In this document: piece after piece, positions 1-11,486 of the stretch
Numbering within the stretch: the first letter of the stretch is position 1
Layout: every line of letters starts with the position of its first letter
Assembly (NCBI GenBank): GCA_963205185.1
Contig: CAUJHZ010000044.1
Coordinates: 23,640-87,639, forward strand
Direction: 5' to 3'
DNA length: 64,000 nucleotides
Source of the DNA: Planctomycetota bacterium
GTDB taxonomy: Bacteria > Planctomycetota > Phycisphaerae > Phycisphaerales > UBA5793
Notes under the pieces: generated by a model
What the model was told of the DNA's origin: nothing
What the model saw: the letters and a program-made list of their open reading frames with translations, nothing else
The model's database searches: none
Program-made: the position numbers and the translations under genes

Positions 1-383
1 GCCCGGCGGACACCGCATCGCTGCTGCTCTCCTCACATCCCTCCATTGTGAACATCCCCGGCCCGGGCATCAACGGCATGCCGTTTGGACACTTCACCGC
101 CGGCGCCGGCATCGGCGGCCAGTTCGAAGGCGGAGGCAATCCGAACCTGGGCATCGGCGTTGGCTCGAGCGGCGCATTCCAGTTCGAGGTAACCTCCGAC
201 TTCGCCAGCGCGCTCACCGCGTCCAGTTTCATCGACGGACCCAACGAGTTCAACTTCGTCGTCCGGTTCCGCGGTCTGGCCAATGGCGGCTCGGACAAGG
301 TTCCCGTGCCGGCGCCCGCTTCGGCGGCCCTGCTCGGAATCGGCGCGGTCGCGGTGGGCACGCGCCGCCGCCGCGCGTGCTGA
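1..383 (+). CDS. PEP-CTERM domain protein, C-terminal part (5' end lies outside the window)
   Basis: The frame is open from the window edge and matches the frame of ORF 48..383. The C-terminus ...DKVPVPAPASAALLGIGAVAVGTRRRRAC shows a PEP-like motif, a hydrophobic helix and an Arg cluster, which is the exosortase sorting-signal layout. Confidence 0.6.
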   Translation, partial: PADTASLLLSSHPSIVNIPGPGINGMPFGHFTAGAGIGGQFEGGGNPNLGIGVGSSGAFQFEVTSDFASALTASSFIDGPNEFNFVVRFRGLANGGSDKVPVPAPASAALLGIGAVAVGTRRRRAC

Positions 384-558
384 CGATCTCGCCAGCCATT
401 TCAATGGTCCTTCCGGCGCTCCCGGGTCATTCCGGGAGCGCCTGCATTTTCCGGGCGGGGATCATCCGGAATCGGGCTTCGGCGACTCGAGCGTCAATGG
501 TCATTTCGGCCGTGCGGCCCTAGCATCGCGGACACGACTCGAGGAACCTCCCAGCGCC

Positions 559-1827
559 ATGAGCACGACCGAACGCGAGATCGACTTCAAAGTCCCCCGC
601 ACCGCCGACTTCGACGGCCAGACGGACGGGCCGGGCAGCAACGGCTTCAACCCGGTCCAGCAGATGGCTCTTTCGGGCATCGAACTCGAAGACGTGCAGA
701 CCGAGGAAATGCTCGTCAACATGGGGCCCCAGCATCCGGCCACGCACGGCGTGCTTCGCGTGGTGCTGCGCACCGACGGCGAACTGGTCCTCGAAGCCGT
801 GCCGCACCTGGGCTACCTCCACCGCTGCGCCGAGAAGATCGGCGAGAGCATCCCGTACTACAAGTACATCCCGTACACCGACCGCATGGACTACGTCGCC
901 GGGATGAACGAGAACTGGGCGTTCTGCATCGCGGTCGAAAAACTCGCCGAGATCGAAGTGCCGCGCCGGGCCGAGTTCATCCGCGTCATCATCGGCGAAC
1001 TCCAGCGCATCGCCAGCCACCTTGTGTCGTTTGGCACCTACGGTCTGGACATGGGCGCCTTTACGCCGTTTCTCTACGCCTTCCGCGAGCGCGAGTACAT
1101 TCTCGATCTGTTCGAGATGGTCTGCGGCGCCCGCCTCACCTACTCGTACTACACCATCGGCGGCCTGACGCAGGACCTGCCCGACGGCTGGCTCGACAAG
1201 CTCACTGAGTTTCTCAACTACTTCGAGCCCAAGATCAAAGAGTACAACGACCTGCTCAGCCACAACCGCATCTTCACCATCCGCACCGGCAACGTCGGCG
1301 TGCTGAGCAAGGAACTCGCGATCGCTTACGGCTGCTCGGGCCCGGTCATTCGCGGCAGCGGCATTCCCTACGACCTCCGCCGCGACAAGCCGTGGTCCGT
1401 CTACCCCGAACTCGAGTTTGATGTGTGCGTCGGCACCGGCGCCTACGGCACGGTTGGCGATTGCTGGGACCGCTACTGGGTGCGCATGCTCGAGATGAGA
1501 GAATCGGTCAAGATCATCCGCCAGTGCCTGAAGATGATCCCCGACCCCTCGGATGACAGCGCCACCGGCGGGCGCCACCGCGTGAAACTGCCAAAGAACT
1601 TCAAGCCCGATCCGGGCGAGGTCTACGTCGAGATGGACAACCCGCGCGGCGTGCTTGGCTTCTTCATCGAGAGCCAGGGTCAGACCCAGCCTTATCGCGT
1701 CAAGGCGCGCAGCGGCGCGTTCTGTAATCTGAGCGTCCTGCCGGAACTCTGCCGCAACGTCCTGCTCGCGGACGTGCCGGCGATCATCGGCTCAATCGAC
1801 ATCGTCATGGGCCAGGTGGACCGGTAA
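559..1827 (+). CDS. nuoD: NADH-quinone oxidoreductase subunit D
   Basis: It contains MLVNMGPQHPATHGVLRVVLRTDGE..HLGYLHRCAEK and ends ...SIDIVMGQVDR, both typical of NuoD. I chose ATG 559 inside ORF 283..1827 because the upstream part is Arg-rich and not protein-like. Confidence 0.95.
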   Translation: MSTTEREIDFKVPRTADFDGQTDGPGSNGFNPVQQMALSGIELEDVQTEEMLVNMGPQHPATHGVLRVVLRTDGELVLEAVPHLGYLHRCAEKIGESIPYYKYIPYTDRMDYVAGMNENWAFCIAVEKLAEIEVPRRAEFIRVIIGELQRIASHLVSFGTYGLDMGAFTPFLYAFREREYILDLFEMVCGARLTYSYYTIGGLTQDLPDGWLDKLTEFLNYFEPKIKEYNDLLSHNRIFTIRTGNVGVLSKELAIAYGCSGPVIRGSGIPYDLRRDKPWSVYPELEFDVCVGTGAYGTVGDCWDRYWVRMLEMRESVKIIRQCLKMIPDPSDDSATGGRHRVKLPKNFKPDPGEVYVEMDNPRGVLGFFIESQGQTQPYRVKARSGAFCNLSVLPELCRNVLLADVPAIIGSIDIVMGQVDR

Positions 1828-1839
1828 GGCCGCCGCGCG

Positions 1840-2694
1840 TCACGGCCCGCGACTAAGCGCGCTCCATCCGCCGTCGCGGCGGAACATGCGGCCTTTCGTC
1901 TCGTACACTTCCAGGTAGGTCATCTTCTTTGCGTGCCCGTCGCCGAAGATCCACTGGTTCGTGGCGGCGTCGTTGCGCTCCTGCTCGTGGCCGGGTTCGA
2001 CATTGCCGTGCGCCGTGTTCTGACACTGGACGTAGTAGCAACCGTGGAATCCAATGCGGCGGATGTCGGCTTCGCGCCGCGTGTTGATGCCCACGTTGTT
2101 CATGTCGCCAGCCATGGCGAACGTGTCAGGTCGCTTGACAAAGTCCGTCCGGCACGGCGACATGTTGCGCTGTTCGGAATTGGGTCCGTAATTCAAACCC
2201 GGTTCGTGGCTCAGCCCCATGGCGCCTGCCGGCGTGTCGAGGCCGTAATAGTTGAAACCGAACGCGTACACTGGAACTCCGTAGTTCGCTTCCTTCCATT
2301 TCAGCTTCTCGAATCCCGGAATGATGTCGTCGAAGCCGGCGTAATTCGGATAACGCTCCGGTGCGATGTCGCAGTCCCACATGTACTCGTTACCGGAGGT
2401 GAACTCCTTGAGCCCGCGATACCACGAGTGTTCGAGCAGCAGGCTCCGGTTGTCCGTGAGATAGCCCGGCGCGAAGTACTCCCTGTAGAAAGTCGAGTAC
2501 GCGTACTGCGCCTGGCCGATCTGCCGCAACTGGCTCAGGCACTTGGTCTCCTTGGCCGCATATCGGGCGCGATGCAGCGAAGGCAGCAGCAGCCCGATGA
2601 GCAGCGCGATGATCGAGATGACCACGAGCAGTTCGATCAACGTAAACGCGCGGCGGAGATTGCCGCTTGGCGCGCAGGCGCGACGGTCGTCCAT
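1840..2694 (-). CDS. Prepilin-type N-terminal cleavage/methylation domain protein, DUF1559-like
   Basis: The N-terminus [27 protein letters not shown] is the type IV pilin-like leader motif. ATG 2694 is preceded by GAGGGAG. This family is typical of Planctomycetota. Confidence 0.85.
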   Translation of the reverse strand: MDDRRACAPSGNLRRAFTLIELLVVISIIALLIGLLLPSLHRARYAAKETKCLSQLRQIGQAQYAYSTFYREYFAPGYLTDNRSLLLEHSWYRGLKEFTSGNEYMWDCDIAPERYPNYAGFDDIIPGFEKLKWKEANYGVPVYAFGFNYYGLDTPAGAMGLSHEPGLNYGPNSEQRNMSPCRTDFVKRPDTFAMAGDMNNVGINTRREADIRRIGFHGCYYVQCQNTAHGNVEPGHEQERNDAATNQWIFGDGHAKKMTYLEVYETKGRMFRRDGGWSALSRGP

Positions 2695-2824
2695 GATGGC
2701 TCCCTCGATCTTCGCGACCGCAAGTGCAGCCGCCTGGTCTCTCGATCCGCGGCATCGAACCGCCTGCTCATGATATCGAACCACCTCGGGTGTTTCCCTG
2801 AGAATCTTCGAGTTCGCCGGATGG

Positions 2825-3763
2825 ATGCGCCTGTCGGGCTCGGCTCACTTCCGGCTAGACTCGTGCATGCAACCCCACGACGAACCGCTGCAGGTCGATC
2901 AACTCACGTGGGCGGCGCTGCTCGGCCGGTGGCTGGATTTCGCGCGCGCTTCGGTCGCGCTGCCTGCCGATGCCGAGGGGCAGCGCTGGAAGGCGTCGGT
3001 CGCGCCGGTCATCACCCTGCAGGCCATCACCTTCGCGCTCGGCCAACTCAACGACCTGGCCGAGGATGAGCGGGCTCTCGGCCTCGACCGCGCGGAAATC
3101 CTGCTGCGGCAGGAATCCGGCCGGCTCAACCAGACGTGGCGTGGCGAGCCGATGCCGCCGCTGCTGCTGGAACTCATGAACGACGCGGCCGGGGCTCTTC
3201 GCGCCGCCATGTTCGGCTGCTGCATCGAATGGCTCGTGCCTGATGATGAAACCGAGCCGCGTGAGATCAGCGATTATCGCCCGGCGCTCCAGCGCCTCGC
3301 CGGCGCTGACTTCGACGGCTCGCTCCATCTCGCCTGGCCCGGCACGCTGCTCGTCGCCGGCGAGCCCGTTGGATTCGCCGCCGGAGCCGATGTGCGCTGC
3401 TGCTGGCGCCGGCAGGTCAATGCGGCCGACGCGACGCGCACTGCACTGCGCGAACTCGTCGAGACCCTCGCGCCCGTGCGGGCTCGCTACGTCGCGGCGC
3501 CGCGGCAGATCTATCGAAGCGTCGATGAGCAGGGGCGCATCGCGCAAGACGCCGCGGCACCGTTGGCGGGCGACCCGCTGCCCGGGCGCCCACTGCTGCA
3601 CTGCGTGTTCGATCGCGGCGAGATTCAGCCGCCGACGGTTGACGCCGGCCGCTGGATCGCGCAGCAGCGAGCCTCCTGGCCGGCTGATGGATTGCGGTTC
3701 ATGTCGGACGAACCAAGCCCCGGCAGCGAACTCGCCGCGCGCAAATCCGAGCCCCGACCGTGA
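2825..3763 (+). CDS. Hypothetical protein
   Basis: The 312-aa ORF has a protein-like composition, whereas the antisense ORF 2855..3916 is Arg-rich. I recognise no motif. The last codons and the stop lie inside repeat unit A1. ATG 2867 is an alternative start. Confidence 0.45.
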   Translation: MRLSGSAHFRLDSCMQPHDEPLQVDQLTWAALLGRWLDFARASVALPADAEGQRWKASVAPVITLQAITFALGQLNDLAEDERALGLDRAEILLRQESGRLNQTWRGEPMPPLLLELMNDAAGALRAAMFGCCIEWLVPDDETEPREISDYRPALQRLAGADFDGSLHLAWPGTLLVAGEPVGFAAGADVRCCWRRQVNAADATRTALRELVETLAPVRARYVAAPRQIYRSVDEQGRIAQDAAAPLAGDPLPGRPLLHCVFDRGEIQPPTVDAGRWIAQQRASWPADGLRFMSDEPSPGSELAARKSEPRP

Positions 3764-4075
3764 GGGAGGGTCTTCGCCGACACACCGGCCCTTGCGCCGA
3801 CGGCTGCAAGACCCGCCCGCCCAAACCCCGTGCTCACGCCAATCCGAGCCCCGACCGTGAGGGAGGGTCTTCGCCGACACACCGGCAAAGGGCACCCGCC
3901 CAAACCCCGTGCTCACGCGAGGGGCTCGGTTTCAATCGTCACTCGCAAGTCGCGCCAGTCCGAGCCCCGACCGTGAGGGAGGGCCTTCGCCGACACACCG
4001 GCCCGTGCGCCGACGGCTGCAAGACCCGCCCGCGCAAACCCCGTGCTCACGCATGGGGCTCGGTTTCATTCCTCA
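3746..4075. repeat. Three tandem/nested palindromic (REP- or MITE-like) elements
   Basis: A 43-nt unit tccgagccccgaccgtgagggaggg(t/c)cttcgccgacacaccgg occurs at 3746, 3843 and 3959. Each is followed by cccgcc..caaaccccgtgctcacgc. In copies 2 and 3, ggggctcggtttca follows, which is the inverted complement of the 5' end. Confidence 0.8.
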
Positions 4076-4079
4076 TCGC

Positions 4080-5348
4080 CTACCGCCGCGCGCCCGCATC
4101 CGCCTGCAGCGTGGACTCTTTCAGGAAGAGGTAATACAGCCGCCCTTCCTGGTACTGCCGGCCGGCGATCAGCCCGGCCGCCGCGCCCTCGCCCATGTAC
4201 AGATCGCCGCGGCCCGGCGCCTTGATCGCGCCGCCCGTGTCCTGGTCGAACATGAGTTGCGTGAACGGCTCGAAGGTGCGGCCGAAGGTCGGAATGCGCG
4301 TATCGACGATCACCGCTCCGCCGCGCGGGAACACGTCCTTGTCCGTGGCGATGGTGCGCTTCTCCGTCACGCGATATCCCAGCGAACCCGCCGGCCACTT
4401 GCTCGACTCGTACGCCGTGAAAAACACGTACCGGTCGTTGTCGCGGATCATGTCGAGCACTTCCTGCGGGTGGGCCTTGTAGTAGTCCCTGATGAACGGC
4501 AGGCCGACGCGGCTGGGATCGACGATGCCGCGCTTGATCATCGTCGCGCCCAGGCCGGTGTACTCGCGGCCGTTGGTGCCGCTGTAGCCGAGGTACATCA
4601 CGCTGCCATCTTCGAGCCACAGTTTCGCCGAGCCGTTCACCTGGATGAAGTACGCGTCGAGCGGGCTGCGCACGTAGACGAGTTCGGTGCCCGCGAGCAT
4701 GCCGCTCTCTTCGATCTCGCGGCGGGTGGGATACGGCCGCGTCGTGTTGCCCACGCGCTGGCCGAGCACCTTGCCGGTCTTCTCATCGACCACCAGGTCC
4801 GCCGGCCGGGTGTAGAGCGGGAAGTTGAATTCGCTGCTGCGCGTGCGGCTGGCGTCGAAGTCCATGGCGCAGTAGCCCGTGAAGAGCACCTCGCCGCTGC
4901 CGTCCCAGCCGACCGACTCGTACAGGTCGAACTGATCCATCACGCTGGCGACGTACTGCGATTGCGAAGGATTGGTCTTGAGGATCTCAAGCAGCGCATC
5001 GACGCTCGCCTGGGCCCGGTCGAACGTGATCCCGGCCACGGGGAAAAAACCCTTGGCCGACGGCTTTCGGAACCACTCCGCGGCCCGCTTGCTGGCTTCG
5101 AGCAGCAGGGGGTCATCCGCGCTGTACGAGGCTTCGAGCAGACGGCGATAGACCGCCTGGTCTTCCACCTTGCGCAGCGGATTCACCCCGGGCGCAAGCG
5201 GCTGGGTGTAGTTCTTGGCTGCGACCGGTTCGGCGATCTCGGTGTTGCTCGTGGACTTGCAGCCGCCCGACGCCAGCACCGCGCTGCACAGCGCGGCCAG
5301 CAGCATCGAGCGCGTGGACAACTTCAACGTGGCAATGGCGATGGTCAT
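4080..5348 (-). CDS. mltA: Membrane-bound lytic murein transglycosylase A (MltA family, with 3D domain)
   Basis: MltA-like core ...RSPLDAYFIQVNGSAKLWLEDGS..YSGTNGREYTGLG.. followed by a 3D-domain end ..TIATDKDVFPRGGAVIV..DTGGAIKAPGRGDLYMG. ATG 5348 gives the signal peptide MTIAIATLKLSTRSMLLAALCSAVLASGGC. Confidence 0.9.
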   Translation of the reverse strand: MTIAIATLKLSTRSMLLAALCSAVLASGGCKSTSNTEIAEPVAAKNYTQPLAPGVNPLRKVEDQAVYRRLLEASYSADDPLLLEASKRAAEWFRKPSAKGFFPVAGITFDRAQASVDALLEILKTNPSQSQYVASVMDQFDLYESVGWDGSGEVLFTGYCAMDFDASRTRSSEFNFPLYTRPADLVVDEKTGKVLGQRVGNTTRPYPTRREIEESGMLAGTELVYVRSPLDAYFIQVNGSAKLWLEDGSVMYLGYSGTNGREYTGLGATMIKRGIVDPSRVGLPFIRDYYKAHPQEVLDMIRDNDRYVFFTAYESSKWPAGSLGYRVTEKRTIATDKDVFPRGGAVIVDTRIPTFGRTFEPFTQLMFDQDTGGAIKAPGRGDLYMGEGAAAGLIAGRQYQEGRLYYLFLKESTLQADAGARR

Positions 5349-5459
5349 GCGATTTCCTTGTTCGTGATCCTCAACGCGGCGCGGCGGCGCTTGAGCGTGT
5401 ATTGTTCCTTCAAGATCGACCGGGGGAAGCCGGGAACACCAGTATTGTTGACCGCCCAA

Positions 5460-6791
5460 GTGACATCGCCATCGCCGCCATCTTCATCCTCCACGCCGGC
5501 CGTTTCAGCGGGCCCGGGCCGCGAAGATGCGCCCCTGATTCGGGTTCTGGAAGTCGCCCGCCGACTCGGCGGCACCTCCGATGTGCCCGAAATCCTCTCG
5601 CTCATCATCGACGCCCTGCGCGACCTGCTCGGAGCCGACCGGGCGACCGTCTTCCAATACGACCCGCAGCGGCACGAACTCTACTCGCGCGTGGCCCACG
5701 GGCTCGATGAATCGACCCAGCGGGAGTTTCGCTTTCCAGTGGGCAAGGGCCTCGCCGGCGAGTGCTGCACGAAGCGGCAGATTATCAACGTCCCCGACTG
5801 CTACGCCGATCCGCGCTTCAGCGCCGAAGTCGATCGCCGCACCGGTTACCACACGCGCAACCTGCTGTGCATCCCGCTCGTGGCGACCGACGGCTCGACG
5901 GTGGGTGTCGCGCAGGTGCTCAATAAGCACGGAGGCGCGTTCACCGCCGCCGATGAATTCATCGCCGAGGCCCTCGCCATGCAGGCGGCCGTCGCGCTGC
6001 AGCGGGCCACGCTCTTTGAAGCCAAACTGCGGCAGGAAAAGCTCGACCAGGACATCGCCCTGGCCCAGCGCATGCAGGAAGCAACCTGGCCGGCGCACGT
6101 GCCCCAGCCCGAAGGGTACGAAATCGCCGTCCACCTCCAGCCCGCCGAAGAGACGGGCGGCGATGCCTGCGATGTGTTTGCCGTGCCCGGCGGCGGCACG
6201 GTGCTCTTCATCGCCGACGCCACGGGCCACGGCATCGGCCCGGCGCTGAGCGTCACCCAGGCCCGCTCCATGGCGCGCGTCGCCATGCGCTGCGGCGTGG
6301 GGCTCGAACAGGCGGTGCGCCACATCAACGCCCAGCTCTGCGAAGACCTCCCGCCGGGCCGGTTCATTACCGCCTTTCTCGGCCGGCTCGACGCCGAAGC
6401 GCACACGATCGAATTCCACTCTGCGGGCCAGGGGCCGCTGCTGCACATTCACGCCGCGACCCGCACTGCCGATGCCGCGGAGGCCACGGGACTGCCGCTG
6501 GGCATCATGCCTTTTGGCGTTGTCGATGGCGTCGAACTGGGCCGCATCCTGATGGCGCCCGGTGATGTCTACGCGGTCCTTTCCGATGGGTTCTTCGAAG
6601 CCCAGGATGCCCGCGGGCGGCAGTTCGGCACGCAGGCCGTGGTCGAGGTGATTGCCGCGAGTCTCGACTGCAGCGCTGAGAAAATGATCGAACGGCTCAT
6701 CGAAGCGCTCGGCAGATACTGTGGCACTCGACCGCCCGATGACGACCGCACGGCGCTGATTGTGCGCCGATTGCCGATGACTGCTGGATGA
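5460..6791 (+). CDS. GAF domain plus PP2C/SpoIIE-type serine phosphatase
   Basis: A GAF-like half (..RATVFQYDPQRHELYSRV..GLAGECCTKRQIINVPD..) is followed by a SpoIIE half (..ETGGDACDVF..IADATGHGIGPAL..SDGFFEA..DDDRTALIV). The N-terminal part of the 960-aa ORF 3909..6791 is antisense to mltA. The start is uncertain: GTG 5460, TTG 5445 or TTG 5448. Confidence 0.85.
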   Translation: MTSPSPPSSSSTPAVSAGPGREDAPLIRVLEVARRLGGTSDVPEILSLIIDALRDLLGADRATVFQYDPQRHELYSRVAHGLDESTQREFRFPVGKGLAGECCTKRQIINVPDCYADPRFSAEVDRRTGYHTRNLLCIPLVATDGSTVGVAQVLNKHGGAFTAADEFIAEALAMQAAVALQRATLFEAKLRQEKLDQDIALAQRMQEATWPAHVPQPEGYEIAVHLQPAEETGGDACDVFAVPGGGTVLFIADATGHGIGPALSVTQARSMARVAMRCGVGLEQAVRHINAQLCEDLPPGRFITAFLGRLDAEAHTIEFHSAGQGPLLHIHAATRTADAAEATGLPLGIMPFGVVDGVELGRILMAPGDVYAVLSDGFFEAQDARGRQFGTQAVVEVIAASLDCSAEKMIERLIEALGRYCGTRPPDDDRTALIVRRLPMTAG

Positions 6792-6796
6792 ACACT

Positions 6797-6817
6797 CCCT
6801 CTCCCCGTGGGAGAGGG
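6797..6817 (+). terminator. GC-rich hairpin after the phosphatase gene (possible terminator or REP-like hairpin)
   Basis: ccctctccc-cgt-gggagaggg forms a perfect 9-bp stem 6 nt after the stop codon. No T-run follows. Confidence 0.3.
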
Positions 6818-6887
6818 CCGGGGTGAGGGCCGATGAGCAGAGGCCGCGAACTGGAACTTCGCACGTCGACGTGCTGCTGAGATAGTC

Positions 6888-7847
6888 ATGAGCCAGACCC
6901 GACCGACGGTGATACAGACCGAGCATCTCGACGCCCGCGCCGCCGCGTGGCTCGGCGAGCGGGTGAATCTCATCGTCTGCCGCCACGACGATCCGAAGCT
7001 TGCTTCCCTGCTGCCCGAAGCGGATGCGTTGGTCGTGCGCACCTACACGCAGGTCAACGCGGCTCTGCTCGATCGCGCTCCGCGCCTCAAGGTCGTCGCC
7101 CGCGCCGGCGTCGGCGTGGACAACATCGACCTGCCCGCGTGCGCAGCGCGCGGTGTGGTCGTCGTCAACGCGCCCGACGCGAATACCGAGGCGGTGGTGG
7201 AGTACGTCCTGGCCGCGATGCTCGATGCGCTGAGGCCGCGGCAGTGGCTCACGCAGGCCGTCGATGCGAACCAGTGGCGGCAACTTCGCGATGCGCTCGA
7301 AGCGCCGCGCCAGCTCGATGAACTCACGCTGGGCATCCTCGGCCTCGGCCGCATCGGCAAGCGCATCGCGGCAGTGGGGGCGGCGCTGGGCATGCGCATC
7401 ATCTATTGCGATCTGCTCGACATTCCGCTGGCGCAGCGGGCCGGCGCTGCGCCGGTCGATCGCGACGTCTTGCTGCATGACAGCGATGTGCTGACGATCC
7501 ACGTGGATGGCCGGACCGGCAACCGGCATCTGATCGGCGCCTCTGAACTGGCGATGATGCGCGATGATGCAACGATCATCAACTCATCGCGCGGCTTTGT
7601 CATCGATCCCGCGGCGCTGGCCGCGTTTCTCAAGGCCCATCCGAACGCCCAGGCCCGGCTCGACGTGCACGAGCCCGAGCCGTTCGGGCCCGATCATCCG
7701 CTGCTGGCGCTGCCCAATGCGTATTTGTCGCCGCACATCGCCGGCCGCACGCGCTCGGCCATGGCTCGCATGAGCGACGTGGTCCACGACGTGTGGCGCA
7801 TCCTCAACGGAGAGACGCCGCGGAATGCAGTCGTGAGCGATGAGTGA
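6888..7847 (+). CDS. D-isomer-specific 2-hydroxyacid dehydrogenase (phosphoglycerate dehydrogenase-like)
   Basis: ..LKVVARAGVGVDNIDL..GVVVVNAPDANTEAVVEYV.. and the NAD-binding motif LGILGLGRIGKRIA, followed by ..INSSRGFVIDPAAL..LDVHEPEP. Confidence 0.85.
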   Translation: MSQTRPTVIQTEHLDARAAAWLGERVNLIVCRHDDPKLASLLPEADALVVRTYTQVNAALLDRAPRLKVVARAGVGVDNIDLPACAARGVVVVNAPDANTEAVVEYVLAAMLDALRPRQWLTQAVDANQWRQLRDALEAPRQLDELTLGILGLGRIGKRIAAVGAALGMRIIYCDLLDIPLAQRAGAAPVDRDVLLHDSDVLTIHVDGRTGNRHLIGASELAMMRDDATIINSSRGFVIDPAALAAFLKAHPNAQARLDVHEPEPFGPDHPLLALPNAYLSPHIAGRTRSAMARMSDVVHDVWRILNGETPRNAVVSDE

Positions 7848-8684
7848 GCCGCCGGCCGATCTCGATGCGTTGCCCGTCGAGCGCCGACTGATCGACGAAT
7901 CGACCTGCATCAAGTGCGGCTACCTCCTGCGCGGCCTGCTCGAGGGCGGCGACTGCCCCGAATGCGGCACGAGCATCGCCACCTCTCTCAATCCCCACCG
8001 GCTGATTCACGCCAACCCGCGCCGCCTCCGGCAGATGCAGATCGGCTTTGCCGGCATTCCGCTGTCTCAGGCGCTTCTGCCCGTCGCGTTCATCATCGCC
8101 GAATCCATCGGCACGGAATTCGCGTATTTCGCCGCACTCGTCTGCCTCCTCGTTTGGCTCTTCACTTCGCTCATGCTTCTGAGCGTCCGGCCGCATGCCG
8201 CCGCGATCGGCTTTCCGACCGAGACGTTGCGGCAGGCGGTTCGCGGCCTTTCCCTCCTCAGCGCCGGCCTGCTGATCGGTGCGGTCTCGGCGGCGATGCT
8301 CGATTGGCTGTTTGCCTTTCTCCTGCTCGGACCCGCGGCGGTCTGCGCGATGCTCTGGCTTGGCCACGCCATCAACGAGTACGCCTGGCGTCTGGCGCTG
8401 TACTCCGACGATGAAGGATTGAGCCGCAAGTTCCGCGAGATCACGCCGTTCTACCTCGCCATGGCGGTCGCGACCCTCACCGCCATGCTGACCGGATTTC
8501 TGGGTGAATTCATCGATGACGTCGGCGGAGTCCTCTGGGGCATCTTCATGGTCGTGCTCTTCCCCATCTGGGTCATCGGCGGGCCCAGCGCTCTGGTCGT
8601 CGTCATCGTGCTGCCGCTTCGTCTCTTCCAGCTGTCACTCGCACTGAATCGTCCACTCAGAGCGGCGCGCGGCGCCGGGCATCG

Positions 8685-8688
<4 letters not shown>
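7840..8688 (+). CDS. Multi-pass membrane protein with an N-terminal CxxC..CPxCG zinc-ribbon motif
   Basis: CIKCGYLLRGLLEGGDCPECG is followed by several hydrophobic helices. Its ATG overlaps the stop of the upstream dehydrogenase gene by 8 nt. Confidence 0.7.
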
Positions 8689-10924
<2,236 letters not shown>

Positions 10925-11486
10925 TGCGCCGGGGGGGGCGCCGTACCTCGCCGGTCTTGGCGATGTGTGCGGGCGTCATTCGCGATCGGTCGTCCCAGCG
11001 GATGGTTTGCACGCCGAAGGCGTAATCGTGAGTAGCCGGGCGTGAAGCGAGTCTTCGAGCGCCACGCCCGGATGCGGTGCGCAATTCCTCTGAACTCCGA
11101 AGGAGTTCTCGTGGCGCGCGGCGCGCGGAGCGCGCCATTCATGCCGCATGATACGCGCACCCCTTCGGGGTGCGGTGCTTCGTGCCGATTGTTCCGGGGG
11201 TCGCGCTCGCTTCGCTCCCTGGACCCCCGTCTACTCACGATGAGGCCTTCGGCCTCGACGACGGGAGAAGTCGCGAGCGTTTGAAGAACGAGCGCCCGTG
11301 GATCCTTGCCCGCCGTTGCACGCCGGGCACAGCGACGCAGAGCCGACGCCATGCCACGCGCTGCTTCCTCGTTGGGCCCGGGTCGCCCGCAGTTGTGGTC
11401 GCGCTCATTTGCACCTTCGCACACAGCATCCGAAGCGGAGTGGTGTGTGGCACCCGCGAAATCGATCGCGCGGCCCGGCGATTACC

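Noticed and set aside
3746-4075. A CRISPR array interpretation of the three repeats
   Set aside because: The spacing is irregular (97 and 116 nt), the 'spacers' are themselves partly conserved, the units have terminal inverted repeats, and no cas genes are present.
3909-5459. The N-terminal 500+ codons of the 960-aa ORF 3909..6791
   Set aside because: This part runs through the repeat array and is antisense to mltA. Only the GAF plus SpoIIE part downstream of the mltA start is protein-like.
5505-7529. Long antisense ORFs in the track, for example 5505..7529(-), 520..1578(-), 30858..31979(-), 49272..50762(-), 53267..54802(-), 58653..60341(-), 47982..49145(+) and 43419..44699(+)
   Set aside because: Each lies opposite a gene with unmistakable family motifs. 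Their translations are Arg/Ala/His/Asp-rich low-complexity sequence, typical of shadow ORFs in GC-rich DNA.
10925-11486. tmRNA, RNase P RNA or SRP RNA in the eno-PDZ spacer
   Set aside because: I could find no tRNA-like acceptor/T-arm end, no GAGGAAAGTCCGG P4 motif and no SRP domain IV motif. The region is kept only as an unexplained structured region.
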